Shown: positions 21,129-32,352, numbered from the stretch's first letter. The stretch is 64,000 nt of DNA from Candidatus Bathyarchaeota archaeon (GCA_963714275.1 CAVQNT010000004.1:63071-127070), one strand, 5' to 3'. Numbers and translations: made by a program. The notes: a model not told the origin generated them from the letters alone.

Positions 21129-22306
21129 TACATTATCAACTCCTTAGGGGTTAATGGAGACATCTTCCTCAACCTTTTAACTATTCCTGGTAGTAAGCCG
21201 CATACGTAGTTCACGTCTTCTTCATTGTTTTGCTTTCCTAAAGTGAAGAGTAAGCGAACCATGCGCTTCCTCGTGTTTTAAGCCTATAGCCAATAGAACG
21301 TGAGACGGTTCCAAAGTTTTAGAGGTGCATGCCGATCCGGAGGAACAGGCAACGCCTTCCATGTCCAGACTTAAAATTATAGATTCGCCTTCAATATAGC
21401 TGAATCTAACATTGACATTATTTGGCAACCTTTTAGTCGGATGCCCATTCAGATAGGATTCGGGTATACTGTTTAAAGTTCCTTTAATTAAGCCGTCTCT
21501 TAATTCCGTCAATCTTTGGATTTCAGTCTTCATTTCAGCTTTAGCAATCTCCGCTGCCTCTCCCATGCCTACTATTCCTGGTAGGTTCTCAGTTCCGGAC
21601 CGTAAGCCGCGTTCCTGTCCTCCACCATGCATTATCGGTTGAATTCGAGTTCCAGCCTTAATATATAGGGCGCCGACTCCCCTAGGGCCATACATGTCAT
21701 TTGAGGAAAGAGAAAGCAAGTCTATGTTCTCTTCTTGGACATTGATCGGTATCTGACCTGCAGCAGCAACGGCATCCACATGTAAAATATGCGCCTTTAT
21801 CATGGACGATTTCTCCAATCTCTTTTATTGGTTCGATCGTTCCAATCTCGCCATTCGCGTACATTATGGAGACTAGAATCGTTTTGTCCTGTGATCTCCC
21901 TTTCCAAGACTCGAACGTCCACTATTCCATATTTATCAACTGGAAGAAATGTTACCTCGAAACCTTGCTTACTGAGATCTTTGCACGTGTTTATTACGGA
22001 CATATGCTCAATAGAACTGGTGATAATGTGGTTTCCTTTGGACTTGTTTCTATAAGCTAGACCTTCTATGGCTAAGTTGTTGCTTTCCGTGCCACCAGAA
22101 GTAAATATGACCTCATCCTCTTTCTCAGCTCCAATTAATCCTGCAACCTTACCGCGAGCTTCGCCAATTGCATTTCTCGCCTCATTACCAAAAGAATGAA
22201 CAGATGAAGGGTTGCCATAATTTCGAGTGAAATACGGCCTCATAGTTTCAAGAACATGTTCATCAACGGGCATTCCAGCCGCATGATCCATATAAACTCT
22301 TCGCAT
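21128..22306 (-). CDS. iscS: IscS/NifS-like class V aminotransferase lacking the PLP lysine (two frameshifts)
   Basis: Fragments 21800..22306, 21222..21818 and about 21128-21240. [25 protein letters not shown] (ND replaces the canonical HK), Cys loop CSSGSACTS. Its stop overlaps the iscU start. Confidence 0.85.
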
Positions 22307-22328
22307 TACCGAATAACTCCTTTCAAAG

Positions 22329-22697
22329 TCAGAAACTTAGAACAGCATCCGCGTCCAAGATTCTGTCATTAAGAGTTGCTGCACCCACTACTTTGGCCTT
22401 CTCTACGAAATCTCCTCTTTTCAATCCGAGAAGCATGCAGCTCTGTTCACAGACCTCAAGCTTTACCCCCGCCTTCACTGCTTGATCCATTATCTGCTTT
22501 AAGGATGGAAAATCTCCCATCTTGATTTTTTCCGCTTCTCCCTGTTTGACAATGGTAACCCCTTTTATAAGAAAGTATATAGTAGCGTCTATTCCCATTG
22601 CTACGGCCGTGGTTGCCAGGATAAAGGGCGCGTAAGTACGCTCTGGAGTGTCTACACCACTTGTTACGACATATAATATCTTCTTTTTCTCACTCAA
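22329..22697 (-). CDS. DsrE/DsrF-like sulfur-relay family protein
   Basis: 122 aa. ILYVVTSGVDTPER.. and KLEVCEQSC are typical of the DsrE fold. Confidence 0.75.
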   Translation of the reverse strand: MSEKKKILYVVTSGVDTPERTYAPFILATTAVAMGIDATIYFLIKGVTIVKQGEAEKIKMGDFPSLKQIMDQAVKAGVKLEVCEQSCMLLGLKRGDFVEKAKVVGAATLNDRILDADAVLSF

Positions 22698-22963
22698 CTA
22701 CTTTCACCTTTCCAACTTTTCTGATGAGAAATCGTAGGACTTCGCCTTCTCTACTTATTTTCAGTACTTCATGCCCAATTTGCTTAATCAGACTCTTTAT
22801 GTCTTCCTCTGCTGCCGGATCATCAGCGACCACTTCTAGAACCTCTCCTGCAGCCATTCTATCTAGTTCCACACGAGTTCTAAAGACAGGCTCTGGGCAA
22901 TAAAGTCCGATACAGTCCAGAGCTCGGTCGGGATTAATGTCTGGAGACAGTTTAGATCGCCAT
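22690..22963 (-). CDS. TusA/SirA-like sulfurtransferase (one frameshift near the start)
   Basis: ALDCIGLYCPEPVFRTRVELDRMAAGEVLEVVADDPAAEEDI (CPxP motif). An ATG at 22963 is in a different frame from track ORF 22690..22872. Confidence 0.75.
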
Positions 22964-22965
22964 AA

Positions 22966-22990
22966 ATAAATATAACGTCGTTATATTTAT
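22966..22990. promoter_or_regulatory. Perfect 25-bp palindrome immediately upstream of the tusA-like start codon
   Basis: ATAAATATAACG-T-CGTTATATTTAT (12+1+12), directly abutting the ATG at 22963. AT-rich, so it could be an operator overlapping a TATA box. Confidence 0.4.
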
Positions 22991-23232
22991 GCTTTTCTTG
23001 GGATTCTTATAAATCTTTGTTGATCACGATTCTTTCAGGATTCGCATATATGTTGAATCGCCTTCCTCTAGCGAGAACCCAATTAGCGTCAAACCAGTTA
23101 TCTCTGCTATTTAGTAGCTTAGCTTCCCGAATAGAAGCCCACACGCTTCGATTGGATATTTCTCTCTTGTCTCTTTTTCAGGCAAACTTTTCTACTTTCT
23201 AGCTAAACTTATGGTCATAGGTTATCTTCAAT

Positions 23233-23544
23233 CTATTCTACTAATGAACGAGAAATCTTCAATTCGTCAATTATTATCTCACTGTAAAATTTATAGGCCT
23301 CTATGTCGCTTTTTGCGCCTTCAATTATCATTATGCCGCTCCTTAATACGCTAGCCACCTTATCTAACCGGTTGTGAAATGTTACGCCAAGTTTAGCCTT
23401 AACTCTGATTTCAAAACCATTGTTTTTAAGGGCGTTGTGTAATTCATTTATATTCAGTTCGAGATTTCTATTCGGCGCGATGACGAAGACCCTTTTTCCT
23501 TCTCTTCCACAGAGTTCAGAAACCAGTTTTTGCTCAAGTTGCAT
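23233..23544 (-). CDS. Hypothetical protein (conserved position between thiF/moeB and tusA)
   Basis: 103-aa ORF with no recognisable motif. Co-directional with, and 8 nt downstream of, the E1-like gene. Confidence 0.4.
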   Translation of the reverse strand: MQLEQKLVSELCGREGKRVFVIAPNRNLELNINELHNALKNNGFEIRVKAKLGVTFHNRLDKVASVLRSGIMIIEGAKSDIEAYKFYSEIIIDELKISRSLVE

Positions 23545-23551
23545 CGGAGCA

Positions 23552-24322
23552 TTAGATGGTTTTGAGCGTACACACTGGACAATTCCCAGCTTTTGAGATT
23601 TCTATCTTCTCAAACTCTAGGTTTCCGATGTCGCAGTGAAGTATCTTGTTCGCTAGAAGAGGCTTCTCTCCGAGAATGATCCTTATAGCTTCGGATACCT
23701 CAACGCTGGCTATGATGCTCAATATCGATGGGTGGACACCAACAATAGCACATTTTGGTAGCATGTCATCGTTGAGATTTCCCTGAAAACACTCTAAGCA
23801 TGGAGTCTTACTAGGTATTATTGTGGATACGTTGCCAAATGTCATGATTGCAGCTGCAAAAACATATGGCACCCTGAGTTTTTGGCATGCTCTGTTCAAA
23901 ATGTAGCGTGGTGTCATTCGGTCCAAGCCGTCAACTATGATATCCATGCCTTTAACAAGGTCTTCAGCGTTGTCTTTGTTCAAGGCTAAAGGCAAGGGTT
24001 CAATTTCTATGCTGGGGTTCAATTCATGTAGTCTTTCAGCCGCAACTTCAACCTTTGGATATCCCAAAAAGTTTACACTGTAGAGGTGTTACCTCTGTAG
24101 GTTTGAGAGTTCGACAACATCATAGTCAACGAGACGGAGATGACCCACACCTATAGCAGTCAACTGTAACGCTGCTGGAGAACCAAGACCTCCTAAGCCA
24201 ACTATGCAGACTTTAGCATTCCTGAGTCTCAATTGCCCTTTATAGCCAATTTCTGGAAGAACTATCTGACGTGAATAGAACTTCAGTTCCTCATCTGAAA
24301 GATCTTTATCGCTTTTAGGCAT
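23552..24322 (-). CDS. ThiF/MoeB/HesA-family E1-like adenylyltransferase (one frameshift)
   Basis: Fragments 24089..24322 ([41 protein letters not shown]) and 23552..24067 (CxxC pairs CLEC and CPVC). Confidence 0.85.
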
Positions 24323-24398
24323 AAATCACATTTCCACTTATTTTGCATCATTCTGTTATTGAACGTTCTTACCTAAGGGTGATATTTCTCTTAGTTTT

Positions 24399-25524
24399 TC
24401 AACAGTCTCTAGGCAAAACTTCTAGGATGTAGTCAACATCTTCCTCTATGTTGTACTTTCCCAAGGATAGCCTAAGGCTTCCACGGGCTTCTTCAGGACT
24501 CAAACCTAAGGCTAACAGCACATGGCTTGGCTCTTGGGATCTTGATGAACAAGCTGAGCCTGTAGCGGCTGCGATACCTTCATCGTTCAGTAAAAGAAGC
24601 AAAGATTCGCCTTCGATGTAAGAGAACCTGAAGTTAGTTATATTGGGCAACCTCTTGGTTGGGTGGCCGTTGAGGTAGGTTTCTTCAATCTCTATAGCAC
24701 CTTTTACAATACGGTTTCTTAACTCGTTTGTCTTTTTAGCCTCTGAGTTCATCTCCTCTTTTCTGAGTTCAACAGCTTTAGCGAAGCCTATTATGCCTAG
24801 GACATTTTCTGTACTGGACCTTAAGCCGAACTCGTGGCCTCCTCCATGTAACAGTGGCTCAATCTTTGTTGCTTCTTTACTTAAGAAGAGGGCTCCTACT
24901 CCTTTTGGTCCATAGATCTTATGGGCGTTTGCGGTCATAAAATCGAGGTTCATCTCCTTGACATCCATAGGAATCTTTCCGAAGCTTTGGGCGGCGTCTG
25001 TGTGAAAGTAGGCATCGTACTCATGGCACAATTTTCCGATCTCTTTTACTGGTTGAGTGGTGCCGATCTCGTTGTTGGCATGTATAATCGAAACCAGAGA
25101 AACGCCACTTCTCAGAGCATTTGTTAGCGTTCCCATATCTAGTAAGCCGTATCTGTCTACAGGTATTTGAGTTATCTTGAATCCTTGTCCTTCCAACCAC
25201 TTGGCTGAGTTTAAAATTGAATCATGTTCTATGGTGGAGATTGCTATGTGAGCTTTCTGCTTTCCCTCTTTGAAGGCAAATCCCTTTAAGACTAGGTTAT
25301 TAGCTTCTGTTGCGCTTCCTGTGAAGATCAATTCCTCTTGTTCAGCGTTCATCAATCCTGCCACAATTTTCCTAGCGTCTTCGACAGCTCTGTCTGGCCT
25401 CTAATCCGAACGTGTTTATAGAGGACGCGTTGCCATAGACTTCAGTAAAATACGGTTTCATGGCTTCAAGAACTCTCGGGTCTAAGGGTGTTGTGGCAGC
25501 GTAATCCACATATACTCTTTTCAC
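24399..25524 (-). CDS. nifS: Cysteine desulfurase NifS-like (canonical, one frameshift near 25400)
   Basis: GTG start at 25524 ([17 protein letters not shown]). [23 protein letters not shown] (PLP Lys present), catalytic loop GSACSS. Confidence 0.88.
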
Positions 25525-25530
25525 GATCCA

Positions 25531-26572
25531 CTACTCCTTTGATGCTGTCGAACCTGAATGCTTAATGGTGTGTTCGGGTGGAACTATTGTTACCTTGGTG
25601 CCGGAAGGAATGGAGGATGTTATCCACACGTTCCCCCCGATAACAGCATCATCTCCAATGATTGCTTCAGCCCCAAGAAGGGTTGCGCCTGAATAGATTA
25701 TAACATTATTTCCGATTGTTGGGTGTCTTTTTCTGCCTTTAATGATCTCTCCCTTCTCATCTTTTGGAAAGCTTAAGGCACCTAGGGTTACTCCTTGGTA
25801 GATTTTGACATCGTCTCCAATCTCTGCGGTTTCTCCTATGACCACTCCTGTTCCATGGTCGATGAAGAAGTTCTTGCCAATTCTTGCCCCCGGATGGATG
25901 TCTATGCCTGTTTTAGAGTGGGCATATTCGCTCATTATTCTAGGCACTAAAGGGACACCTCTAACATAGAGTCTCATGTGCTATCCTATATGTAGCAATT
26001 GCATGGACGCATGGATAACTTAGTATGACCTCGTCTATGCTTTTTGCAGCAGGATCTCCGTCATATGCCGCTTGGATATCTCCTCTAAGAGAGATTCTGA
26101 TTTCAGGAATCTTCTCTAGAAGTTCTTTTACAACCACCTGGGCTCTTCTTTGGCAGACATCTTCAGGACATTCCTTGACCTTTCTGCAGGCATATTTTAG
26201 GCTTTTCTCAACCTCTACCACGAGACGTGAATAGGTGGAATGTAAGATGTTGCCTAAGAAGTATTTGATATTTGATCTGGTAACTTCCGCTCTTCCTAAA
26301 TAACCTGGGAAAATGATGGTTAGGAAATCTTCTAAGATCTCTATGACAATTTCTTTTGAGGGTAGATCTTTTCCTCCTAGGTGGTTTATGCCTCCATACT
26401 TTTTGTAGTTTTCCATGATTTCATCGGTAAGTTTTGGTAAGCCTTCCTCGACCCAGTTATCTTCAACAGTCTCTTGCCCCTTCATTATCGTCTCCAGCAT
26501 CTGCTCTGGGCTCCAAACATAAAGTGCTTCCTGATCTTGTTCTTTAAAGTTTTTTGATTGATTCAACTTCAT
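25531..26572 (-). CDS. cysE: Serine O-acetyltransferase (one frameshift near 25970)
   Basis: Fragments 25961..26572 (SATase N-terminal helical domain) and 25531..25977 (hexapeptide repeats [37 protein letters not shown]). Confidence 0.88.
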
Positions 26573-26591
26573 CTCTCTTCCTCAAGATAGC

Positions 26592-27554
26592 CTAGATGGA
26601 AGGATTAGAAACACCCTGAGTTTCCTGAAATAGTGAAGTACTGAGATACCTTTCTCCCGTATCTGGAAGGACAACCACTAAGAGTTTGCCTTCACTTTCC
26701 CGTCGTTTAGCCACCTCTAAGGCAGCAAAAACTGCTGCCCCTGCGGAAATTCCCACGAGTAAGCCTTCCTTCTTAACGAGTAGCCGAGAAGTTTGCATGG
26801 CATCTTCATCTTTTACCTTGATAATTTCATCAACTAAATCAAGCCTCAGAACATCTGGTATGAAACCCGCACCTATGCCTTGGATTTTGTGCGGACTAGG
26901 TTTTCCGCCGCTTAAAACAGGAGAGTTGGCAGGTTCCACAGCTATGGCCTTAAACTTAGGTTTCAAAGGTTTAATGTATTGAGCTACGCCTGTGATAGTA
27001 CCACCGGTTCCAACTCCTGCAACTAAGATGTCGACCTTTCCATCGGTATCGTTCCAAATTTCTGGTCCTGTTGTCTCCCTGTGAATTCTGGGGTTAGCCG
27101 GGTTTTTGAACTGTTGAGGAATGAACGAATTGGAAATAGTTGCTGCTAACTCTTCTGCTTTCTTCACAGCGCCTTTCATCCCTTCCGCTCCAGGCGTGAG
27201 GACAAGCTCCGCGCCAAAGGCCTTCAAAATGTTACGGCGTTCAATACTCATGGTGTCTGGCATGGTCAAGATTAGGCGATAACCCTTTACAGCTGCGACC
27301 ATAGCAAGGCCGATTCCGGTGTTTCCACTGGTAGGTTCAATTATCGTTGTTTCCTTGTTGATCACCCCTGTGTTTTCTGCTTCAGATATCATGCTGAGGC
27401 ATATTCTATCCTTTACGCTGCCCCCCGGATTGCGGGATTCAAGCTTTGCTAACACAGTGCAGTCTAAGTCAGCTGTTACTCGGTTTAGTCGAACTAGGGG
27501 AGTGTTCCCTATTGTTTTCAAGACGGAGTCATAGACATTCATTGAATCTATCAC
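26592..27554 (-). CDS. cysK: Cysteine synthase / O-acetylserine sulfhydrylase
   Basis: 320 aa. NPGGSVKDR (PLP Lys), [19 protein letters not shown]. Confidence 0.92.
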   Translation of the reverse strand: MIDSMNVYDSVLKTIGNTPLVRLNRVTADLDCTVLAKLESRNPGGSVKDRICLSMISEAENTGVINKETTIIEPTSGNTGIGLAMVAAVKGYRLILTMPDTMSIERRNILKAFGAELVLTPGAEGMKGAVKKAEELAATISNSFIPQQFKNPANPRIHRETTGPEIWNDTDGKVDILVAGVGTGGTITGVAQYIKPLKPKFKAIAVEPANSPVLSGGKPSPHKIQGIGAGFIPDVLRLDLVDEIIKVKDEDAMQTSRLLVKKEGLLVGISAGAAVFAALEVAKRRESEGKLLVVVLPDTGERYLSTSLFQETQGVSNPSI

Positions 27555-27626
27555 CGTCAGTATAGTACAATAACGGCGTTATAAAGCTAACTAGCTGAGC
27601 TAGAGTTATTATGGGGGATTAGTTTA

Positions 27627-27890
27627 TTATGAAACTAGTATGCCAATGAGTTTAACGAAGTTGAGGTTTTCTTCTCCATGCGGCGCATTGGCTATTTCTT
27701 CGGTCAAATCTCTTCCTGCCCAGTGTTCCCCTTGATGTTCACCATCTAACCACATGTAGTTATCCGTAACATCGTAAACTTTGCCTTTGTAAGCGATGTA
27801 GGCTGGTCTTCCATCTTTTCCGTCATATTGTTTCAGTTCTGCCAGTGTAAATTTCCTTTCAACACTTCCCATAATAACACCACGAATCAA
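27627..27890 (-). CDS. Cytochrome b5-like heme/steroid-binding domain protein
   Basis: FTLAELKQYDGKDGRPAYIAYKGKVYDVT..G.H. The likely true start is the internal Met at 27872. Confidence 0.75.
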   Translation of the reverse strand: MIRGVIMGSVERKFTLAELKQYDGKDGRPAYIAYKGKVYDVTDNYMWLDGEHQGEHWAGRDLTEEIANAPHGEENLNFVKLIGILVS

Positions 27891-28077
27891 GATGGAAGAA
27901 AACGAATTATTTGAAATTTTCGTAAAATGGATAACAGATTAGCATTCGCCTTTTTCCGGATTTAGTTTTGTTTCTATATGCTCTATCTTCTAAAACAACT
28001 AAGTTTTTAGCCACGATTGCATATTATTAGATAATTAAGAGAGACGGAATAAATATCCCTTAGCAAAGGAGGACGGG

Positions 28078-29279
28078 GTGAATAAAATGCCAAAAGTTGA
28101 ATTGGTGGAGAATATTTATTGGGTAGGTGCCGTTGACTGGAACGTTAGGAATTTTCATGGATTCACATACTCTACACATCGTGGAACAACCTACAATGCC
28201 TATCTTATTCTTGACGAAAAAATCACTCTTATAGACTCAGTCTATAAGCCATTTGCTGGCGAAATGATAGATAGGATTAAGGAAATTGTGGATCCTGGAA
28301 AGATTGATTATGTCATAGCTAACCATGTAGAAACAGATCATTCTGGAGCCATAAGTGACATCTTGAAGCTTGCGCCAAAGGCGAACGTTCTTGGCACGGC
28401 TAAATGTAAAATCGGGTTGCAGAAGCACTATTTTGGAGATTGGAACTTTCAAGTCGTGAAGACTGGCGATGAGATTAGCCTCGGCGACAGAACACTAAGA
28501 TTTATTGAGGCTCCTATGCTGCACTGGCCAGATAGCATGTTCACGTATGTTGAGAAGGATGCTTTGCTTATGCCTAATGACGCATTCGGGCAACATCTCG
28601 CGACATCTTACCGGTTCGATGACATGGTGGATGCGCACATAATCATGGAGGAAGCAGGTAAATACTATGCAAACATTTTGTGGCCACTCAGTACGTTAGT
28701 TGCGAGAAAGATTGAAGAGCTCGTTAAGCAGAATCTCAGTATAAAGATGATTGCACCAAGTCACGGGATTATTTGGCGTAAAGATCCTATGAAGATAGTT
28801 CAAGCATATCTTCGCTGGGCAAAGGGAGAATCAGAAAAGAGAGTCCTCATTGTCTACGACACAATGTGGGGAAGCACAGAAAAAATGGCCCATGCCATAT
28901 TAGAAGGCGTAAGAAGCGAGGGGATTGATATTAAGCTTTTCAGGCTACCTTACTCTGACAGGAGCGATATAATCGCGGAACTGCTCGAAACTAAAGGACT
29001 ACTGTTAGGTTCATCAACCATAAACAATGGTATGCTTCCAACAATTGGACCTTTCTTAACTGATCTAAAGGGTCTTAGACCCAAGAATAAAGTAGTGCAA
29101 CCTTCGGTTCCTACGGATGGGGAGGAGGATCCATAAGAGACATGGGAGCCATACTCAAAGACGCAGGCATCTCAATCATTATGCCTGGGCTAGCTGTCAA
29201 CTGGGCACCAACAAAAGAAGAAACCCAAAAGTGCTTTGAATTTGGGAGTGAATTTGCAAAGAAGCTTCTAGTAAGCTGA
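28078..29279 (+). CDS. fprA: Flavodiiron protein (A-type flavoprotein FprA), one frameshift near 29100
   Basis: Metallo-beta-lactamase-like HVETDHSG plus flavodoxin VLIVYDTMWGSTEKMA. The alternative frame after about 29100 continues to a stop at 29277-29279. Confidence 0.88.
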
Positions 29280-29560
29280 GTCTAAACATATCTGTTTTCA
29301 ATCGAATCATTTGCTGTAGAACGTTCTTAAGTGGCGGAAAACCACCTTTATGTGGTAGCAAGGGAAAAGATAACTGAAGTCACGGAAGTAGAGTCGGCGG
29401 TTAATTTTTTCGGGAACAGTTGGCTTAGGCTAACTGCAACTGAAATGCTGGCGTCGTGCTGACTGAAACTGAGATTGAGCGTGTCACATTCTCAGCACCG
29501 GACCAAAGTTTATCTTACGGCGTCGAAGCACGCAAAACCGTATTACCTTGCTGCCACTTC

Positions 29561-29875
29561 TTACTTTTTCATAGTTTCGAAGTAGGCTTTGCTGACGAAG
29601 AGTCCGCATTCGCAGGTTCCCTGACGAGTGATCTCTTCCTTATGCGTTCGGCATGGACAGATGTTTCTCGAGTCCTCCTTGGGGATTCCCTTCACCTTTC
29701 GGCATGGACAATATGCGTACCCATATTTCACTCTGTTTCTAACGAGCCCTGAGATAATGTTCTTGACTACTACATCGTCAGGATTTAGAAAGAACGAGCT
29801 TCGTTCAGCATAATTTGTTACCATTTTCTCAACGGAAGCTCGAAACCGTTTACCATCATCGCTTTTAGTTTCCAT
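29561..29875 (-). CDS. Ferredoxin:thioredoxin reductase catalytic-subunit-like protein
   Basis: 104 aa. YAYCPCRKV..NICPCRTHKEE..GTCECGLF, the CPC..CPC..C.C FTR-beta signature. Confidence 0.8.
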   Translation of the reverse strand: METKSDDGKRFRASVEKMVTNYAERSSFFLNPDDVVVKNIISGLVRNRVKYGYAYCPCRKVKGIPKEDSRNICPCRTHKEEITRQGTCECGLFVSKAYFETMKK

Positions 29876-30027
29876 TAACGGTCACTTCTTGCACCTCATG
29901 AAGCCTAATTAACCCTACGCTTAGGGCTACGTCAGAAGAAGTGATTAAAAGGTGATCTAAGAAGAGATTGACTACTTTTAAAAGGTTAATTAGCAGTTTC
30001 TCGTTTTTCTATAGCGGAGGATAAATT

Positions 30028-30561
30028 ATGGCAAATCTGAAGATTGGAGACCCTGCGCCTGACTTCCAGTTACCTGGCGTCGACGGCAACACGTACAGCA
30101 TGAAAGATTTCAAGGAAAAGAAGATTGTCATAGTCATGTTCAGCTGTAACCATTGTCCCACTGTTAGGGCTTACGAGGACAGGTTCGTTGAGCTTCAGAG
30201 AGACTACAAGGACAAAGAGGTTGTGCTTGTTGCTATTAACCCCAACGACGACAAGGAATATCCTGAAGACAGCTTCAAGAACATGAAAGTTCGATCTAAA
30301 GAGAAAGGCTTTAACTTTCCCTATCTGAGGGACGAACCCCAAAGCGTAGCCAGATTGTACGGAGCTGAAAGAACACCTGAAGTCTTTGTCTTTGACAAGA
30401 AACGGGTTCTTCGTTATCACGGCAGAATCGACGACAACGTTTACGAACCAGACAAGATACAACAATATTACTTGAGAGACGCCATAGACGCTATATTGAA
30501 AGGACAGAAAGTCTCGGTACAAGATACGGAACCCGTTGGCTGCACCGTAAAATGGAAGTAA
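30028..30561 (+). CDS. Thioredoxin-fold thiol-disulfide oxidoreductase (TlpA/AhpC-TSA-like)
   Basis: 177 aa. FSCNHCPTV active-site region and PYLRDE..VARLYGAERTPEVFVF. Confidence 0.8.
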   Translation: MANLKIGDPAPDFQLPGVDGNTYSMKDFKEKKIVIVMFSCNHCPTVRAYEDRFVELQRDYKDKEVVLVAINPNDDKEYPEDSFKNMKVRSKEKGFNFPYLRDEPQSVARLYGAERTPEVFVFDKKRVLRYHGRIDDNVYEPDKIQQYYLRDAIDAILKGQKVSVQDTEPVGCTVKWK

Positions 30562-30896
30562 ACTACCTCTCCTTTTTTCTTAATTAAGAGCTCAGAAACC
30601 TAAAGAATGAAACATCACCTACCTCAGATGATAGTCATCTTGGCTAGATAGACTAGAGGAAACCACACATTATAGATGATGTTATTGCTGATAATGTCTA
30701 TAGCTGACTAATCTAGCAAGAATACTAAGACTCAATCGTTAATAAAATGGGTTATTATCTCAGTATTTTTTTAATTCATATCAGGTGAGTCTGATATTCG
30801 TGTTATCGGAAAAACTGTCACAGCTAGCACAGCAACCAGTTAAAAATGAATGACTGACTTCTTTATATCAATAGATAGTAAATACCTTTAGATCTG

Positions 30897-31475
30897 GTGG
30901 TTGAGTTGAAGAAAATCGTGAAGAACTATCGTGTTGTCTTTCCTACCCCTGCTGCTCTTGTAACCTCTGCTGATGAACAGGGAAAGCCTAACGTCGCTAC
31001 AGCCGGAGAGGTATACATGTTATCTCTTAATCCATTAATCGTTGCTGTCGGATTTAGGCCTGCAACATACACGAATAGACTTATCCATGCCACAAGGGAG
31101 TTCGTGGTCAATTTTCCTAAAAGTGAAATCTTGGAGCAAGTTGATTTTTGTGGATGTGTGTCAGGGAAATCGGTTGACAAGTTCACTGAGACGGGTTTAA
31201 CCCCACTTCCCGCCAAGTATGTGAAGCCCCCACTTGTTAAGGAGTGCCCAGTAAACATTGAATGTAAAGTCCTAGATGTAATACATTATCCCTATATGGA
31301 CCGAGATGTCTTCGCTGGAGAAACTTTGGCAGTCCATCTAGACGAAGAGATCATGGGCGAGGATGGTTTTGCCGATTTGACAAAATTTAAGGCGATAGCT
31401 TTTGCATCCAACAGTTACTTCCAACTTACAGGAGTACTCGAGCAATCCCACTTCAGTGTTAGAAAAAATGAATGA
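30897..31475 (+). CDS. Flavin reductase-like FMN-binding (split-barrel) protein
   Basis: 192 aa. Paralogous to 48122..48622 (shared ..FCG..SG..VDKF.ET.LTP....VKPP..KEC..NIEC). Confidence 0.75.
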   Translation: MVELKKIVKNYRVVFPTPAALVTSADEQGKPNVATAGEVYMLSLNPLIVAVGFRPATYTNRLIHATREFVVNFPKSEILEQVDFCGCVSGKSVDKFTETGLTPLPAKYVKPPLVKECPVNIECKVLDVIHYPYMDRDVFAGETLAVHLDEEIMGEDGFADLTKFKAIAFASNSYFQLTGVLEQSHFSVRKNE

Positions 31476-31562
31476 TAGTTTAAGATAAAGCACTAATGAG
31501 AATCAATATGCTATCACAGTGTGATGAATCAACGAACGAAGGACAAGCTAGCTCACTGGTGT

Positions 31563-32169
31563 TCAACCACCTAGAACCGTCGAGATCGCGTAACCTAATC
31601 CTATCCTGAACCTAATGGAGAGAGGAGAAATCCTGCCTGCGTAACCTGCTTTGCCAGCCTTGAGAGCCGCAAGAACCTTATCAACGTCTGGATCGTCCAA
31701 ATCAACCGTTGTGTACGCGTCACCAACAGAGGCTGTAGGGTGGGCTTTCCACCTTGTCTTGAGATGGCGTTCGAGTATGGCAGACTCGTAATAACAGCGT
31801 CAACCTTACACGGTTCACTATGCTGAGTATAGGTTGATTATCGTACCAAAAGACTCTATCATGTAGTATGTGAAGCCCTCCGAGAACCAAAGCGCAAATG
31901 TTTGCCCTCTGCTTGGAGATCGAAACACCATCGGATAGAATCTCCGCTTCAACTCCCTTTATGACCCCTGCATCATTCAAGGTGTTCAAATAAGTCTTAA
32001 GTTGACTTTTGGGCATTCTCTTTGGCAATTCGTGGAATTCATTGAAATGATCTGTAATTGCAAATATGTTCAGCCTTTTTGTTTGTGCTGTTTTAACAAC
32101 ATCCTTCACACTGCAAACTCCATCTGAGAAACTTCGAAAATACGCTGGCAACCTCCCAGAATTTTTCAC
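31563..32169 (-). pseudogene. PHP-domain phosphoesterase-like gene, degenerate (several frameshifts, N-terminal His motif absent)
   Basis: Track ORF 31720..32169 carries FSDGVCSVKDVVKTAQTKRLNIFAITDH. Alternative frames downstream read GDAYTTVDLDDPDVDKVLAALKAGKAGYAG.. to a stop at 31563. Confidence 0.55.
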
Positions 32170-32352
32170 ATGTTGTTGCTCTTAAAAAAGTTAGAAAACG
32201 AGCCTCTCTCAATAATATAGTTTTTTAATAAATTCGACCCTGCAAAAAACAGGGCTTCCCCCCAATATATCGTTGAGGTTTTGCCAAATCTTTCGCGTAT
32301 ACTGGATTATGAGGAGTCTACTAAAAACGTCTCTCAATAATACCGTACACAA

